From positions 310,001 to 374,000 of the forward strand of contig QPMI01000038.1 of assembly GCA_004431415.1 (NCBI GenBank): DNA of 64,000 nt. The letters are read 5' to 3'. Made by a program: the position numbers and the translations under genes. Below the pieces are notes generated by a model. That model searched no databases and had not been told where the DNA came from. It saw only the letters and a program-made list of their open reading frames with translations. This DNA comes from Cyanophora paradoxa CCMP329 (lineage: Eukaryota > Plantae > Glaucophyta). Shown here one piece after another: positions 9,640-21,000 of the stretch (positions are counted from its first letter, which is position 1; each line of letters begins with the position of its first letter).

Positions 9640-12600
9640 CTAGGCGCGGACGAGGAGGAGGAGGCGCTTGGCGTCCTCCTCGACGAGGCCCGGGAGGAAG
9701 GGGGGCGCCCCCGCCGGCTTCCGCTTGAGCGCCCCCACGGTCCCGATCCCCGCCGCCCGCAGCGCCTCCACCGCCTCGAGCACCTTCGGGTGGTCCGCCC
9801 GCTTGCCGGCCCGCGTCGCCAGCAGCGCCAGGAAGTCGGAGACGGGCGTGCCTGCCTCCAGCCGCCCCGCCGCCTCCACGAGCGCCGCGTCCGGCAGTGG
9901 GGCCTCGGGGAAGCTGAGGGACGGGGGCGGGGCCGGGGCCGGCTGCGGGGCGGCCCCCTCGGGGGAGGCCAGCAGCTCCTCCTCCTCCATCGCCTCGCCG
10001 GCCCCCTCGCCGGCCCCGGAGCCCCGCGCCCGCTTCCCCGCCCCGCCGCCCCGCTTCTTGCCGGGCCCGGACCGCCGCTTCTTCGGGAGCACACCGCGGC
10101 CGCCGAAGGACGGGCCCGGGGGCACCAGCGCCGCCTCGGGGGGCGTCGGCGGGCCCTGATGCTGCGGCTGCGGCTGAGGAGGCTGCGGCTGGAGCGGCTG
10201 GAGCGGGCGGGGCTGCAGCGGGCGGGGCTGCGGGTGGTGCGGGGCGGGGGCGGGCCGGGGTGGAGACGGGAGGTCGAGGTCGGGGACGAGGCTGGCGGCG
10301 TCGAGGACGGCCCCGCTGGGGCCCTCGAGGCCGGGCCCCCCCAGGATGTGCTCGCGGAGGCGGGGGAGGGGGAACATGATCTCGCGGGTGGCGAGGGCCC
10401 AGCGCTCGGCGGCGGGGAGCTCGAGGCGGCAGAAGAAGGCCTCGACGGCGCGCGCGACCTCGTCCCGTGCAGCGGGGAACGCCTCCCGCAGCGTCGGCAC
10501 GCGCGCCGCGACCTCCTCGAGGACGGCGATGCGCTGGCGGCCGGCCTCGAGGACGCGCAGGTACCCGTTCAGCGCCTCCCGGAAGCGCTGCTGCCGCTGC
10601 TGCTCCAGCTCGGGCGTCGTCGCGAAGGGCATGAGGAGCGGCGGGCCGGGCGGCGGGCCCAGCGGCGGCAGCGGCGGGCCCATCGGGGGGCCCCCGAACG
10701 GCGGCATCATCCTGCGGGGGAAGCGCGGCGTCAGGCGGGGCGCGCCGCCGCCAGGGCCAGTGCGCAGGTCGCACGGGCGGACATGGGCGCCGGGCCGGGG
10801 CCGTGCCCGGGGCCGGGGCCGTGGCCGGGGCCGGGGCCGTTGAGCGAGAGGCGGCGGGGCCACGGCTCCCCGTCGCTCCCCGCCTCGTCCTCCTCGTCGC
10901 CCGGCACCTCGCCCCTGCGCCGCGCCGCCCGTTCGGTTAGGGCCGGCAAGCGCGGGCGGGCGGGCGGCCGGCGGGGCCGGGCGCACTGCGCGTCGTCGCC
11001 GCGCGCCGGGATGTGCTCCCGCAGATGGTCCCGGAAGGCCTGCCGGGGGGCGTAAGAGGCCGGAGGTCAGGGGGCGGGGCGGGGTCGGAGGGGTCCACGC
11101 GCCCGCCCGCGGGGGATGTTGGGCATGCGGCAGGAGGCCACCGGGCACTCGAAGAATCGCGGCTCCTCCTCGGGGTCCACGTCTTCGTCCCCCGCCCCGA
11201 ACTGCCCCGCCCGCGCGCTCCCTCAGCCCCTTCTCCTTCGGGGGAGGGGGGGGGTACGGCCACCTCGGAGTGCCTGGTGAGGACGTGGCGGGTGCAGTGC
11301 GGGCGGAGTTTGAAGGCCGCCCTGCAGCCGTCCACGGGGCACGCGAAACGCCGCGTCTGCGGGGGCGGGGAGAAGGTGAGGGGGGCGGGAAGGGAGGGGC
11401 GGAGCGGAGGGGAGGAGGGGCCACCTTGTTGTGGACGAGGTACTTGTGGTTGGAGAGCTCGCTGTGGTTGCGGAAGCGCGAGAGGCAGCCGTCCCGCGGG
11501 CACCGCACAGGCCGGTCCTGCCCCAAGCGCGTCAGGGCAGGCGGCGGGCCGGGCGAAGGCGCCGGGGGCGCACGGGGTGCCTCTGGTCCATGTGGGCCAC
11601 CATCTCGGGCGAGCGGCTGCGGGGAGGGAAGGCGTCAGGGGCGCCGGGCCGGCGGGCGGGCGGGCGGGAGGGGCCGCGCCTGCAGGCGAAGTCGCAGCCG
11701 CGGACGTGGCAGGAGTAGGCGGCCCCGCCGAGGGCGCCCCGGGCGAGCCGCTCGAGGGCGCCGCCGCTCCCCTCCGATCCGCCGCCCTCCTCCGAGTCGG
11801 AGTCGGCGGGGCCGCCGCCGCGCGCCGGCCGCCCGTGGAGGTCCTCAAGCAGCGCCTGCACGGCGCTGCAGTCCTCGTCGCCGGCCTCGCCGCCGTACCC
11901 CCCGCCCGACGGCCGCTCCTCCCCCTCGCTCTCGCTCTCGTCCTCCGCCTGCCCCTTCCGCCTCCTCCGCACCTGCCCCCGCGCGAGGCGAGCGGCGCCT
12001 CAGCCCCGGCAGGGGTGCGAGGCGGGCGGCGGCCGCGCACGACTTTGGGGGCCGGGGGCAGCGGGGGCAGCCCGTGGAGCTTGCGGTACTCTGCGACCTT
12101 CGCCGCGACGTCCTTCTCGTGGGCGACGTGTACCCCCACGTGCCGCTTGAACTCCGCCAGGCCGTCCACGTACTCCAGGCACGCCGTCACCGGGCACCGG
12201 TACGTCTGCCGGCGGGGCTCGAAGAAGAAAAGGGGGGGGGGAGAGGGGGGGGGTACGCACGGCGGCGTCGGCCTCGGGGTCGACCCCCGGCTTGATGAGG
12301 GAGCCGGGTACGTGGCGCAGGATGTGCCGCGAGCAGTTCTGCGGGCGCGCGCGGGGCGCTCAGCGCGAACATCACGTGGAAGGGGCCCCGCCCCGCCGTG
12401 CCCCGGCGCGCCTTGCGCATGGTGAAGCAGGAGTCGCAGTTGTCGACGGGGCACTTGAACGGCTTCTCGTGCTGCCGCGCCGGTCTCAGAGAGGGCGGGC
12501 GGGGCGGGCGGGCGGGGCGCACGTCGAAGCCGATCCACTGGTCGGCGATCGCCGGGTCGGCGGGCTGCACCGCGGAGCCGCCCTGCGCGGGCAGGCGGGA

Positions 12601-15600
12601 GAAAGAAGGGAAGGGCGCTGGTCACGGGCGGGCGGCAGGCCGAAGGGCGGGGCGGGCGAGGCGGGCGGGCGCACCGAGTGGTTGGAGCGCTTCTCGTGAG
12701 CCGTGAGTCGCTTCCGCGAGCGGAAGCGCGTGCCGCACGCCGCGCACGCGAACGGCAGCTCCTGCGAAGGGCGTCGCGCGTGAGAACGAAGCGACGGGGG
12801 CTGTAGGGGGCGCGGCGTCGCACGGGGCGGACGGTGGAGTGGAGGCAGCCGTGCTCGGTGAGCTGGTCCTTCCGCTTGAAGCGCGCGAAGCAGTCGGGCT
12901 CGCGGCAGGCGTACGGGTGCGTCGCCTCGTGCACGCTCATGTGCGCCCGCACCGCCTCCGGGCTCTGGAAGGCCGCCGAGCAGCGCGTCACCCCGCAGAA
13001 GAACTGGAGGATGCCGTGGGCGTTCGGCCCGCCCTGCTGCTGCTGCTGCTGCTGCTTCTGCTGACGCTGCGCCCGCGGCGTCTCCCCGTCCCCGTCCGAG
13101 TCGTCGTCGTCCGACGAGGACTCCCGCTTGACAGGCACCGGCGGGGCCCCCGGCGGGGCCGGCGCGGAGGGCTGCGACGGGGCCGGCGGCGGCGGCGGCG
13201 GCGGCGGCCCCGCCGGGGGTGCGCCCGTGCTGCCGATGACGACGGCGCCGGGGGGGGCGGAGGGGGGGGCCGGGGTGGGGGGCTGCATCTGGGCGCCCTG
13301 GAAGGGGGCGACGCCGGGCTGGAAGGGCTGCTGGGGGGGAGCTGCCGGATGATGACGGGGTTGGAGGCGGTCTGGGCGGGTGGCGCCCCCGGGGGGAGGC
13401 GGTTGAACCCGGGGGCGGGGGCATGACGTGGGGCAAGGGGTTCGGGCGGCCCGCCGTGCCGGCCGAGACGACGACGGCGCCAGGCACGAGCGGCGACGGG
13501 CCTCGCGGGCCCCCGGGGGGAGCGGGGGAGGCGCCCGGGCCGGACGGCGGGGCCGGCGGGCCGGAGAGGTGACTCGGGCCCGGCGGGACGGGCGGCTGCA
13601 TTGGCGGGGCTGGGTGGGGCGGGTCGGCCGGCTCCTTCTCCTCCTCGTCCTCCCCCTCCTCCTCCTCCTCTTTCTTGGCGACGTGACAGCCTGCTCCCTC
13701 CCCGTTCTCCGCGTGCCTCGGGCCCCCGCCCGGGGCCCCGCCCGGCTGCTGCGGCCACTGCGGCGGCGGGCCCCTCCCGCCCCCGCCGCCGGACTCGCTC
13801 GGAGCACCCGAGAGGGCCGGGGGCGGGCCAGAAGAGGGGCTGGACTGCGGGTATGGCGACGGGTGGGGCGCCATGCCGAGCTGCGCCGCCTGCGGCCCGT
13901 CGTGCGGGCCCGGCTCGCCGGACTGCCCGTAGGGCCCGTCGTCTCCGCTCAGCGCGACCGCCCAACGGGCGTCTCCTGCCGCCTCCCAGAGGCCGCCGCC
14001 GCCGCCGCCGCCAAGACCGCCGCCGCCGACGCCGACCGCGGCGCGGGCCGGCGCGAGCAGCCGCGGGCCCAGCGCAGCCGCGTGCTTCATGATAGGGGCC
14101 CTGCGCGCGGAGACGCTCAGAGAACGCCGCGGGCGGCTAGAGGCGGGGGCACGCACGCGAGGGCCCCGGGGACCGTCGCGACGGCCCACTCGACTGGGCC
14201 GGCCGCCTCCTCAACCTCCGCCTCCGCCTCCGCCTCGGCCGGCGCCCCGAGGGCCGACCGGAGGAGCGACTCGAGGGTCAGCCTGAGGCCGCGGCCGGGG
14301 CGAGTGAGTGAGCGAGCGAGCGCGCGCCGGACCGTGCGGGCGGGGAGGGCGGGGCGCTCACCAGTCGAGCTTGACGGGCGCGCAGCCGGGGAGCGCGAGG
14401 TCGACCCTGGGCGCGGCCGAGTGAGCGCGCGGGCGCGGCGGAGCCGTCTCGGCGAGCGCACAGAGCGTTCGCGTTGGACTCGGCGGCCGCGCAGCGCGCT
14501 TCCTGCCGCTCCTGCTGCACCGGCGTCCCCGGGCGCGTCCTCGGGGGGCTCACCGGCCGTCGCTCCCTGCGCGCCCCGCTCGGGAAAAGGAAGCAAGAGG
14601 GGCGGAAAGAGAGGGCGAAGCGAAGCGGACCCGGGTGCGACGCCTCCCGCTTCGCCGCGAAAGGGCCGAAAGGGCCACGCCGCCGCCTCCTCCGTGCCCG
14701 GCGCCGGCGCCGGCTCCGGCTCGCCCTCGGCGGGCGCCCCCTTCAGAAAGACGAGCGCCTCCGCCAGGCTCCGGTCGGCGTCGGCCGCCGCGCCGCCGGA
14801 CGAGGACGCCGCCGGCTGCTGCTGCTGCTGCTGCTGCTCCTCCTCCTGCTTCACGACGACCTCCTCATCCGTGCTCTCGCCCGCGCCGAGCGTCTCCGCA
14901 TCCTCTCCGCTAGCGCTCTCTTCCTCGTCTCGATCTTCCTCGGCCAACCGCCGCCGCTTCCTGGGCGCCTTGCTCGCGCCGCTGTCTCCCGCGGACGCGC
15001 GGGCCGACGATCGCTGTCTGCGCCCTGCCGCCCCTTTCCTTGTGCGGGCCATCCTCGCAGAAGAGGCGACTTCCGCTTGTTTGAAGAAGCTCTCGTCGAG
15101 TGTTGCAAGCGTCTTGCGTGCAGGATCGTAAATGAACCTGCGCGGGGCGCTCAGAGGGACCCCAACAGCACGGCATGCGTGGCTGCCGCTGTCTGAACCT
15201 GCAGAAGAGCGTGTTGCGCGCGAGACCGTGCGGGATCGAGCCGTCGGTTGACAGCCTCACGTTGGTTCGGCGAACAATGCTCCCGACCGGCTGCGGTCGC
15301 CGGGTTCAGCGCTTGCTCAGACGCATGTTCGGCGAACGTACTTGGCGGCGCTGCACGAGACGCGTGGCGTAAACCTCGTTTGGTTGTCGTTCGTGGGCAG
15401 AATGGGCGGACTGCACGTCGAGCATCAGCTCCGTGCTCCAAACTGGGTGAACCGAGCACCGGAATGTACCTGCAAGGGAGCTGTGTCGTTCACGTGCCAC
15501 AGCCACTTGAGATCGACGTGGGTCGCCTTCTCACCTGCGCGCCGATCGGGAATTGCCCGATTCGCAAAGCACGCGGGCGAACGGCAGACCTTCCGCCGAG

Positions 15601-16026
15601 TACACTTTCTCAACGAAGGCGAGGCACTGCTTCCTCCGCCCGCTGTCAAGCCGCGTGTCGACAAGCACAAAGAATCCCGTTTCGATGTTCCTGCGAACCA
15701 GGGAACCGGCCTCGAGCTCAGTGCCGAGCGCTAGCTGAGCAGCCGAGCGCTAGTGCTGACCGTGAAGCCGCCATGCCCGCGCCGAGCTGGTACGGCCCGC
15801 CCGGCTCGCGTGCGCCCGCTGCCAGCGCGGCAAATAAGAGTGGGCGCACGATCTCTTCAAAGCCGCATGCTCTCACGTCCCGGCGGAGCCATCTGGAAAA
15901 AAAAGTGGCCGGTGGCGCGGGCTCTTCTTGCGGGGTACGCGTCGCGTGGGGGGGATGAGCGCGGGGACTCGGGGTCCGGGGAATCCGTCGGCTCGATCGC
16001 GAGCTAAGTACGTGAGCTCGTTGCAT
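9640..16026 (-). CDS. BAH-domain and multi-C2H2 zinc-finger protein (many exons; start approximate; could be two adjacent genes)
   Basis: N-terminal exons at ~15700-15090 give BAH-like motifs (CLAFVEKVY / VDLKWLWHVNDT / HERQPNEVY / NTLFCRFIYDPARK). Downstream C2H2 fingers include CGVTRCSAAFQSPEAVRAHMSVH, YACREPDCFARFKRKDQLTEHGCLH, FKCPVDNCDSCF, CPRDGCLSRFRNHSELSNHKYLVH and FACPVDGCRAAFKLRPHCTRHVLTRH. TAG at 9640-9642. Confidence 0.7.
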
Positions 16027-16050
16027 CCTCCAATAAACGGTTCGGCGCTC
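15770..16050 (+). repeat. Diverged direct repeat, copy 1 (5' region of the BAH-ZF gene / shared promoter); copy 2 at ~17760-18110
   Basis: Shared blocks GATCTCTTCAAnGCCGCATGCTCTCACG, GGGCTCTTCTyGCGGGGTACGCGTCGCG, GCTCGATCGCGAGCnAAGTAC and CGTTGCATCCTCCAmTAAACGG. Confidence 0.85.
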
Positions 16051-16095
16051 CGACGTCGACGTTGCACACGAAGCGGGCGGCGTTTGACGCCAGCG

Positions 16096-17451
16096 ATGGA
16101 ATCGCGGCGCGCAATGCGGCAGGGCGCATCGAACACCAAGGAGCGCCGCCACCGCATGGTGTTCCTCGATGCTGGTGCGTGCATGCACTGCGGCATATGC
16201 GCAGCCTCGCCTGCTGGGCGTTATGGCTTCTGCGGCTGCCGTTGACTCAATTGGATACAGAGATGACGGGCGCGTTTTACATCCCAGACTGCACGTCTGC
16301 GGCACCTCACGCGGCCAGCAGGCCTCAACGTGAGCGAGGACAAGCTTCTCGAGGTGGCGGTCGTCGTCACTGATGCAGATCTCCAGATCATCGCAGAAGG
16401 TGATTGCCCCCTCAAACCGCGGCTTCGGGGCTAATTAGGCCGCCGCCCGCATGCGCATGGATACGCAGGTCCCGACATCGCCATACGGCACGATGAGGTC
16501 GTGTTCGAGGTGCGCCGATGCTAGCGCTGCTTTCGGCTCCGCCCCGCGCTCACCTGCGTCGCGCTCAGAACATGAACGCATGGTGCAAGAAGCACCACAC
16601 GCGGAGCGGGCTTGTGGATCGGTGCCGATCCAGCAGCATCAGCGAGGCGGAAGTGCGCGCTTTTGAATTCCAGCACTCCGGCGCCGCGCGCCCGCCGCGC
16701 GCCCGCCGCGCGCCCCTCACGCTCTGCACAGGCGGAGCAGGCGGTGCTCTCGTTCCTCCGGCAGTGGGTGGATCCCGGCCGGGCGACGCTGTGCGGCAAC
16801 TCCGTGTACGTGGACCGGAGTGCGCGCCCCATGCTCCCGCCTTGCCCCGCAGCTCCCGCCCCGCCTCAAACCGCGCCGCAGTGTTCCTGCTGAGGCACAT
16901 GCCCGAGCTGGCCAAGTTCTTCCACTACGTGCGCCTTGCCCCCGCGCCCGTGCCCGCGCCCGGCGCCCCCGTTTTGAATCCTCACGCCGGGCCCCGCGCT
17001 CTCGCCGCAGCGGATCGTGGACATATCCACCATCGACGAGCTCTCCAGGCGGTGCGCGCCGCGCGGCCCCCGCTTCTCTCTCTCTCGGCTCAAGGGCGGG
17101 GCGGGCAGGTGGCACCCGGTGGAGCACGGACTGCGCCCCCAGAAGCGGAGGCAGCACCGCGCCCTCCTCGACATCTACGAGTCCATCGACGAGCTCCGGT
17201 ACCCCCGCCGATCCCCTCCGTCGCGCATGCGCCCTCTCCGCGGGGCTAAGGGCATCGGCACCGGCAGGTACTACCGTGCGACCGTGTTCCGGGCGGGCGG
17301 CGCGGGCCCCGCGCCGCGCTCGGACGCCGCCTCGGGGCCGGAGGGCCCCATGGGCGGCACCGACGCCGCCGCCGGGCCCGACGAGGAGGAGGACGGGCCG
17401 TGCCCCACGCTGGACGGCGGGCGCCCGGAGCGCTCCGACGCCGCCGTCTAG
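16096..17451 (+). CDS. REXO2: Oligoribonuclease (DEDDh 3'-5' exoribonuclease, Orn/REXO2 family), ~9 exons
   Basis: Spliced peptide [37 protein letters not shown]...MNAWCKKHHTRSGL...[41 protein letters not shown]...HRALLDIYESIDELRYYR contains the canonical Orn motifs. Confidence 0.93.
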
Positions 17452-17759
17452 CGGCCGGCCGCGTGCGCCCCGCCCTTTCTTCGCCGCGCGTCGGCTTTCT
17501 CCCGCCGACGCCGGCGCTCCGCAGGTCCCAAGGACTTCTCTTCGAGAGCGCGTGGCCCTGTCGGGGGCCACAAGCGCACCCACTGCACCAAACCAACAGG
17601 CCAGGCGGCCGGCCGGCCGGGGCCGCGGAGCGCACCGGGCCGGGCCTCTCCGGCTGAGGTCGGAGCCGCCTGCCAGCAGCAGACGAGTGCCCGGCGCGGC
17701 GCGGCGAGGCTTCAGGAGGGGGCTCCCACGCGTACGGGTCGCCACCGCGAGGCCGCTAT

Positions 17760-18110
17760 GCCCCCCGCCGACCTGGCCCCGCCCGCCCGGCTCGCGACGC
17801 GCCCGCCGCCAGCTAGCGCGGCAAATGGAAATGAGCGATCTCTTCAACGCCGCATGCTCTCACGGCCCGGCGGAGCCCTAGGGAAAGAGTAAAACGTGGC
17901 GAGGGCTCTTCTCGCGGGGTACGCGTCGCGCGGGGGGACTCCGGGATGAGCGCGGGGAATCTGTCGACGTCTGCCGCAGTGCGCATGCTCGATCGCGAGC
18001 GAAGTACCGTACGTGATCATGACTCCGTGATCATGATTCGTGATATCGATCGAGCAGTGAGCCCGTTAACCTCTAATTAGAGCGTTGCATCCTCCACTAA
18101 ACGGCCGGGC
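17760..18110 (+). repeat. Diverged direct repeat, copy 2 (decayed duplicate with palindromic insertions)
   Basis: Matches 15770-16050, with extra palindrome-rich sequence at ~18008-18083. Confidence 0.8.
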
Positions 18111-18703
18111 GGTTCGCCGAGTCGGACGTACCGTAGTACGCGTTGGCCCGTGGCCGGAGCCTCGCGGAGCGCATGCGCATGCGCAGCGCGGTCCGGTGTG
18201 CCATGGTCATGTGGCAGGCCTAGGCCCTAGGGCCGTGGGGCGTCCGACGGTCGAACATGAAGCCTGATCGAAGGGCTGGCGCAATGCAGAAGTAGAGCTT
18301 TAATATTTACTTAGTTTCTCTACGTATACCTTCTCAAGATCTAGATCTGCAATCACTCTCATAGTAGACGCTCAAGATCATTCTGTGGGGTAACTGGTAA
18401 CGAACTGTGCGGATCTGAAAACTGCGGTTCTGAGGGGGAACTAGAACTGCCTAGGGCTGAAACTTAAAGAGCGTGCAAATCATGCAAATGCGAAACGACG
18501 ACTACCAAAAGCACAAACACTACTTCACTGCCTCAAGTTACGAATACAAGGGTACTTTACAGGGTCGAAATGAAAGTCTTGAAAGGGGCCTGCATGTCCT
18601 GAAACTAGCTAAGACGCCGACCTGGGCGCCGCCACGGCGCGGCCGCGGCGAGGCAGCGGCCGGAGGGGCTAGAGGCTCGGAAGGGGAGCGCCGGCGCCGG
18701 CGG

Positions 18704-20476
18704 TCACCAGACCTCGGCGCAGGTCGAGCCGTCGCGCTCGCCGAGGACCAACTCGAGGCTCACCGGCCGCCCGCCCCGCACCGCCTCCACCCGCACCCGC
18801 TCCCCCACGCACCGCGAGTACAGCTGCCCGCCCCGTGAGGCTGGGGAGGGGGAATGAAGGCCCGGGGGGTACGCGCACCGCGCGGGCGAAGTCGTTCTGG
18901 TCCTCGACGGTCTGCCCGCCGAGGGCGACGACGCGGTCGCCGTCGCGGAGGCCGCCGCGGGCGGCGGAGGAGCCCTCAAGGACCTCGCAGAGGTGCGCCC
19001 CGGGGCCGCTCGGCCGCCCCGCCCCGTCGCTGAGCTCGAGGCGCACCCCGAAGAGCGGGTCGGGCACGCTGCCGCCCCGCGCCAGCACCTCGACGGCGCG
19101 GACGACCTCCTCCGAGGCGAGGGCGAGGGAGAGCTGGGAGACGGCGGGGCTCCAGCGGCCGGGCCAGCCGCCCCGCACCACGTCGCTCCGCCGCACGAAC
19201 GCGAAGTTGAGGCCAATGACCTCGCCCCGGGCGTTCACCAGGGGCCCTCCCGAGTAGCCCTCCTCCAGCGGGGCGTCCGTCGCGAGGACGCGCCCCGCGT
19301 GGCCGCGGCCCACGAGGAAGCCGTGGAACTTGAAGAGGAGGCGGCCGGCGCAGGTCGTGTAGGGGACGGGCGCGGACAGGTAGCCCCCCGCGTAGACGGA
19401 GAGCTCGAGCGGGGAGTAGGAGGAGGCGTGGAGCCACTGGGGCACGCCGTGGTCGAGCCAGGAGAGGAGCGTGGCGAGCTGCGGGCTGAAGAGGCTCGTC
19501 GCCGTGTACACGAACCCCGCGCGGCTCTCCCCGATCGTCGCCTCCTCCAGCGAGTCGGGGAGCAGCGCCGGGTCCACCTGCGAGCGAGCGAAGCCTGCTC
19601 AGCCGCGAAGCGGATCAAATTCGAATTTGATGGACCTGGAGGACGCTGATGTCGCGGGCGGCGTCGGAGCCGAGCAGGCGGCACTCGATCGGGGCGCCCT
19701 CCGCCTCGATGTGGAGGCGCGGGCGGACCTCCCCGTCCTCCCCGTGCGCCACGTGCTGGCAGGTCACGACCAGCCCGCGCGCCCGGTCGTACAGCCAGCC
19801 CTGCGCGCCCGCGCCGAGCCGAGCCGTGAGCCGCGCCTCCGGTGGGGGCGCGGGATAGGCGGCGCACGGTGCCGAAGCCCGTGTCGGATTTGATCTCCAC
19901 GACGCAGTGGGCGAGCTGCAAGGGGGCCCGTGAGGCCGGAGGCGAGCGAGCATGAACGCGGATCGCAGGTCGGACCTTGTTGGCACTCTGCTCGGTTCCC
20001 GGCACCGGCGCGGACTCCCAGGGGCGAGGGACGACCGGCATGGACTGGAGCGGCGGCGGCAGGTTGATGTAGATGTCGGGCGCCGTGCGCGGGACGATCC
20101 CGCTACCGGCCATGCTGTGCGCCGATCGCTGACCCGAGGCTTCCGCTACTTCCTCGCGAGGCGCGCTCGCCGCCGCCGTGGTGCTTGTCTGCCGCACGAG
20201 CCGCGGCGCTGCGCGGCCGTCAGCTCGACTCGAACACGATGGAGCCCCGGCGGGCCAACCTGACGGAACCCGGCCGAATCGGCATTCGCATGGCTGCTGA
20301 GGGGATGCCCGCGTCAGTGGCAGGAGGTCGGGGGTCGCTGAATGCGGAGGCGCCGGGCGCACCGTTGGCGGGAGCAGGACCGATCTCGAGGCGTGTTGGG
20401 CGCCGGAGGTGTAGAAAGGCGCGCCACGATGCGCCGTAACCCGTACACGGGGTCTCAGGGCGAGGAGCGACCGCAT
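18704..20476 (-). CDS. HtrA/DegP-type trypsin-like serine protease with C-terminal PDZ domain
   Basis: Catalytic triad motifs VVTCQHV, RDISVL and GYSGGPLVNARGEVIGLN; PDZ segment EVLEGSSAARGGLRDGDRVVALGG; Arg/Ser-rich N-terminus MRSLLALRPRVRV resembles an organellar transit peptide (start uncertain). Confidence 0.88.
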
Positions 20477-21000
20477 GGGCGTGGCGTTTGATCTGGTCGC
20501 GACCTCTGGTAAGTGCGTGCTCAAAATCGCGGGCGTTGCGCCAAACGCACGGCGGACAGATGCTCAGATTGTCTTCGTGGAGAGGATGCTCTTCTCCGGG
20601 GGCCCGGCCAGCTGCAGAAGGCTGGAGTCGCGAAGGCGCGTTCAACGTGCGGCCTCAAGATGACGCGATCCTCAGAGGGGGCGCAGGGGAGCGTCAATTG
20701 CTGCTGCACTTCAACGGAGAAGTCTATGTCGACTTGCCGGGTCTGCCGAGGCTGCACGGTGACGCGCGAGAGCTTGACGCCGAGCTTTGGGTGGTAAGCG
20801 TCGATCAAAACGGCCGCCGGACCGCGGCCGACGCGCTACAAGAGCGCCAACGACGTGTACGTGGGTGCAGGCTAGCTCGGGTGCAGGTGCCGACTCCTAT
20901 AGGATCGGCGATCCGGTTCCAGCAACAATATGCCTCTACCCCCCCAGCAGAGTCAGAAGTTGAACTAGGCCGCTGATATCGATAGCTCAGCGGCGTGCGC

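Noticed and set aside
9411-15131. Very long Arg/Gly/Pro/Ala ORFs on both strands (e.g. 956 aa, 567 aa)
   Set aside because: Stop-codon scarcity at very high GC; the real coding signal is the spliced minus-strand zinc-finger gene
15770-16050. Possible duplicated snRNA/ncRNA gene
   Set aside because: No match to remembered U1, U2, U4, U5, U6, tRNA or SRP motifs; better explained as a duplicated gene 5' region
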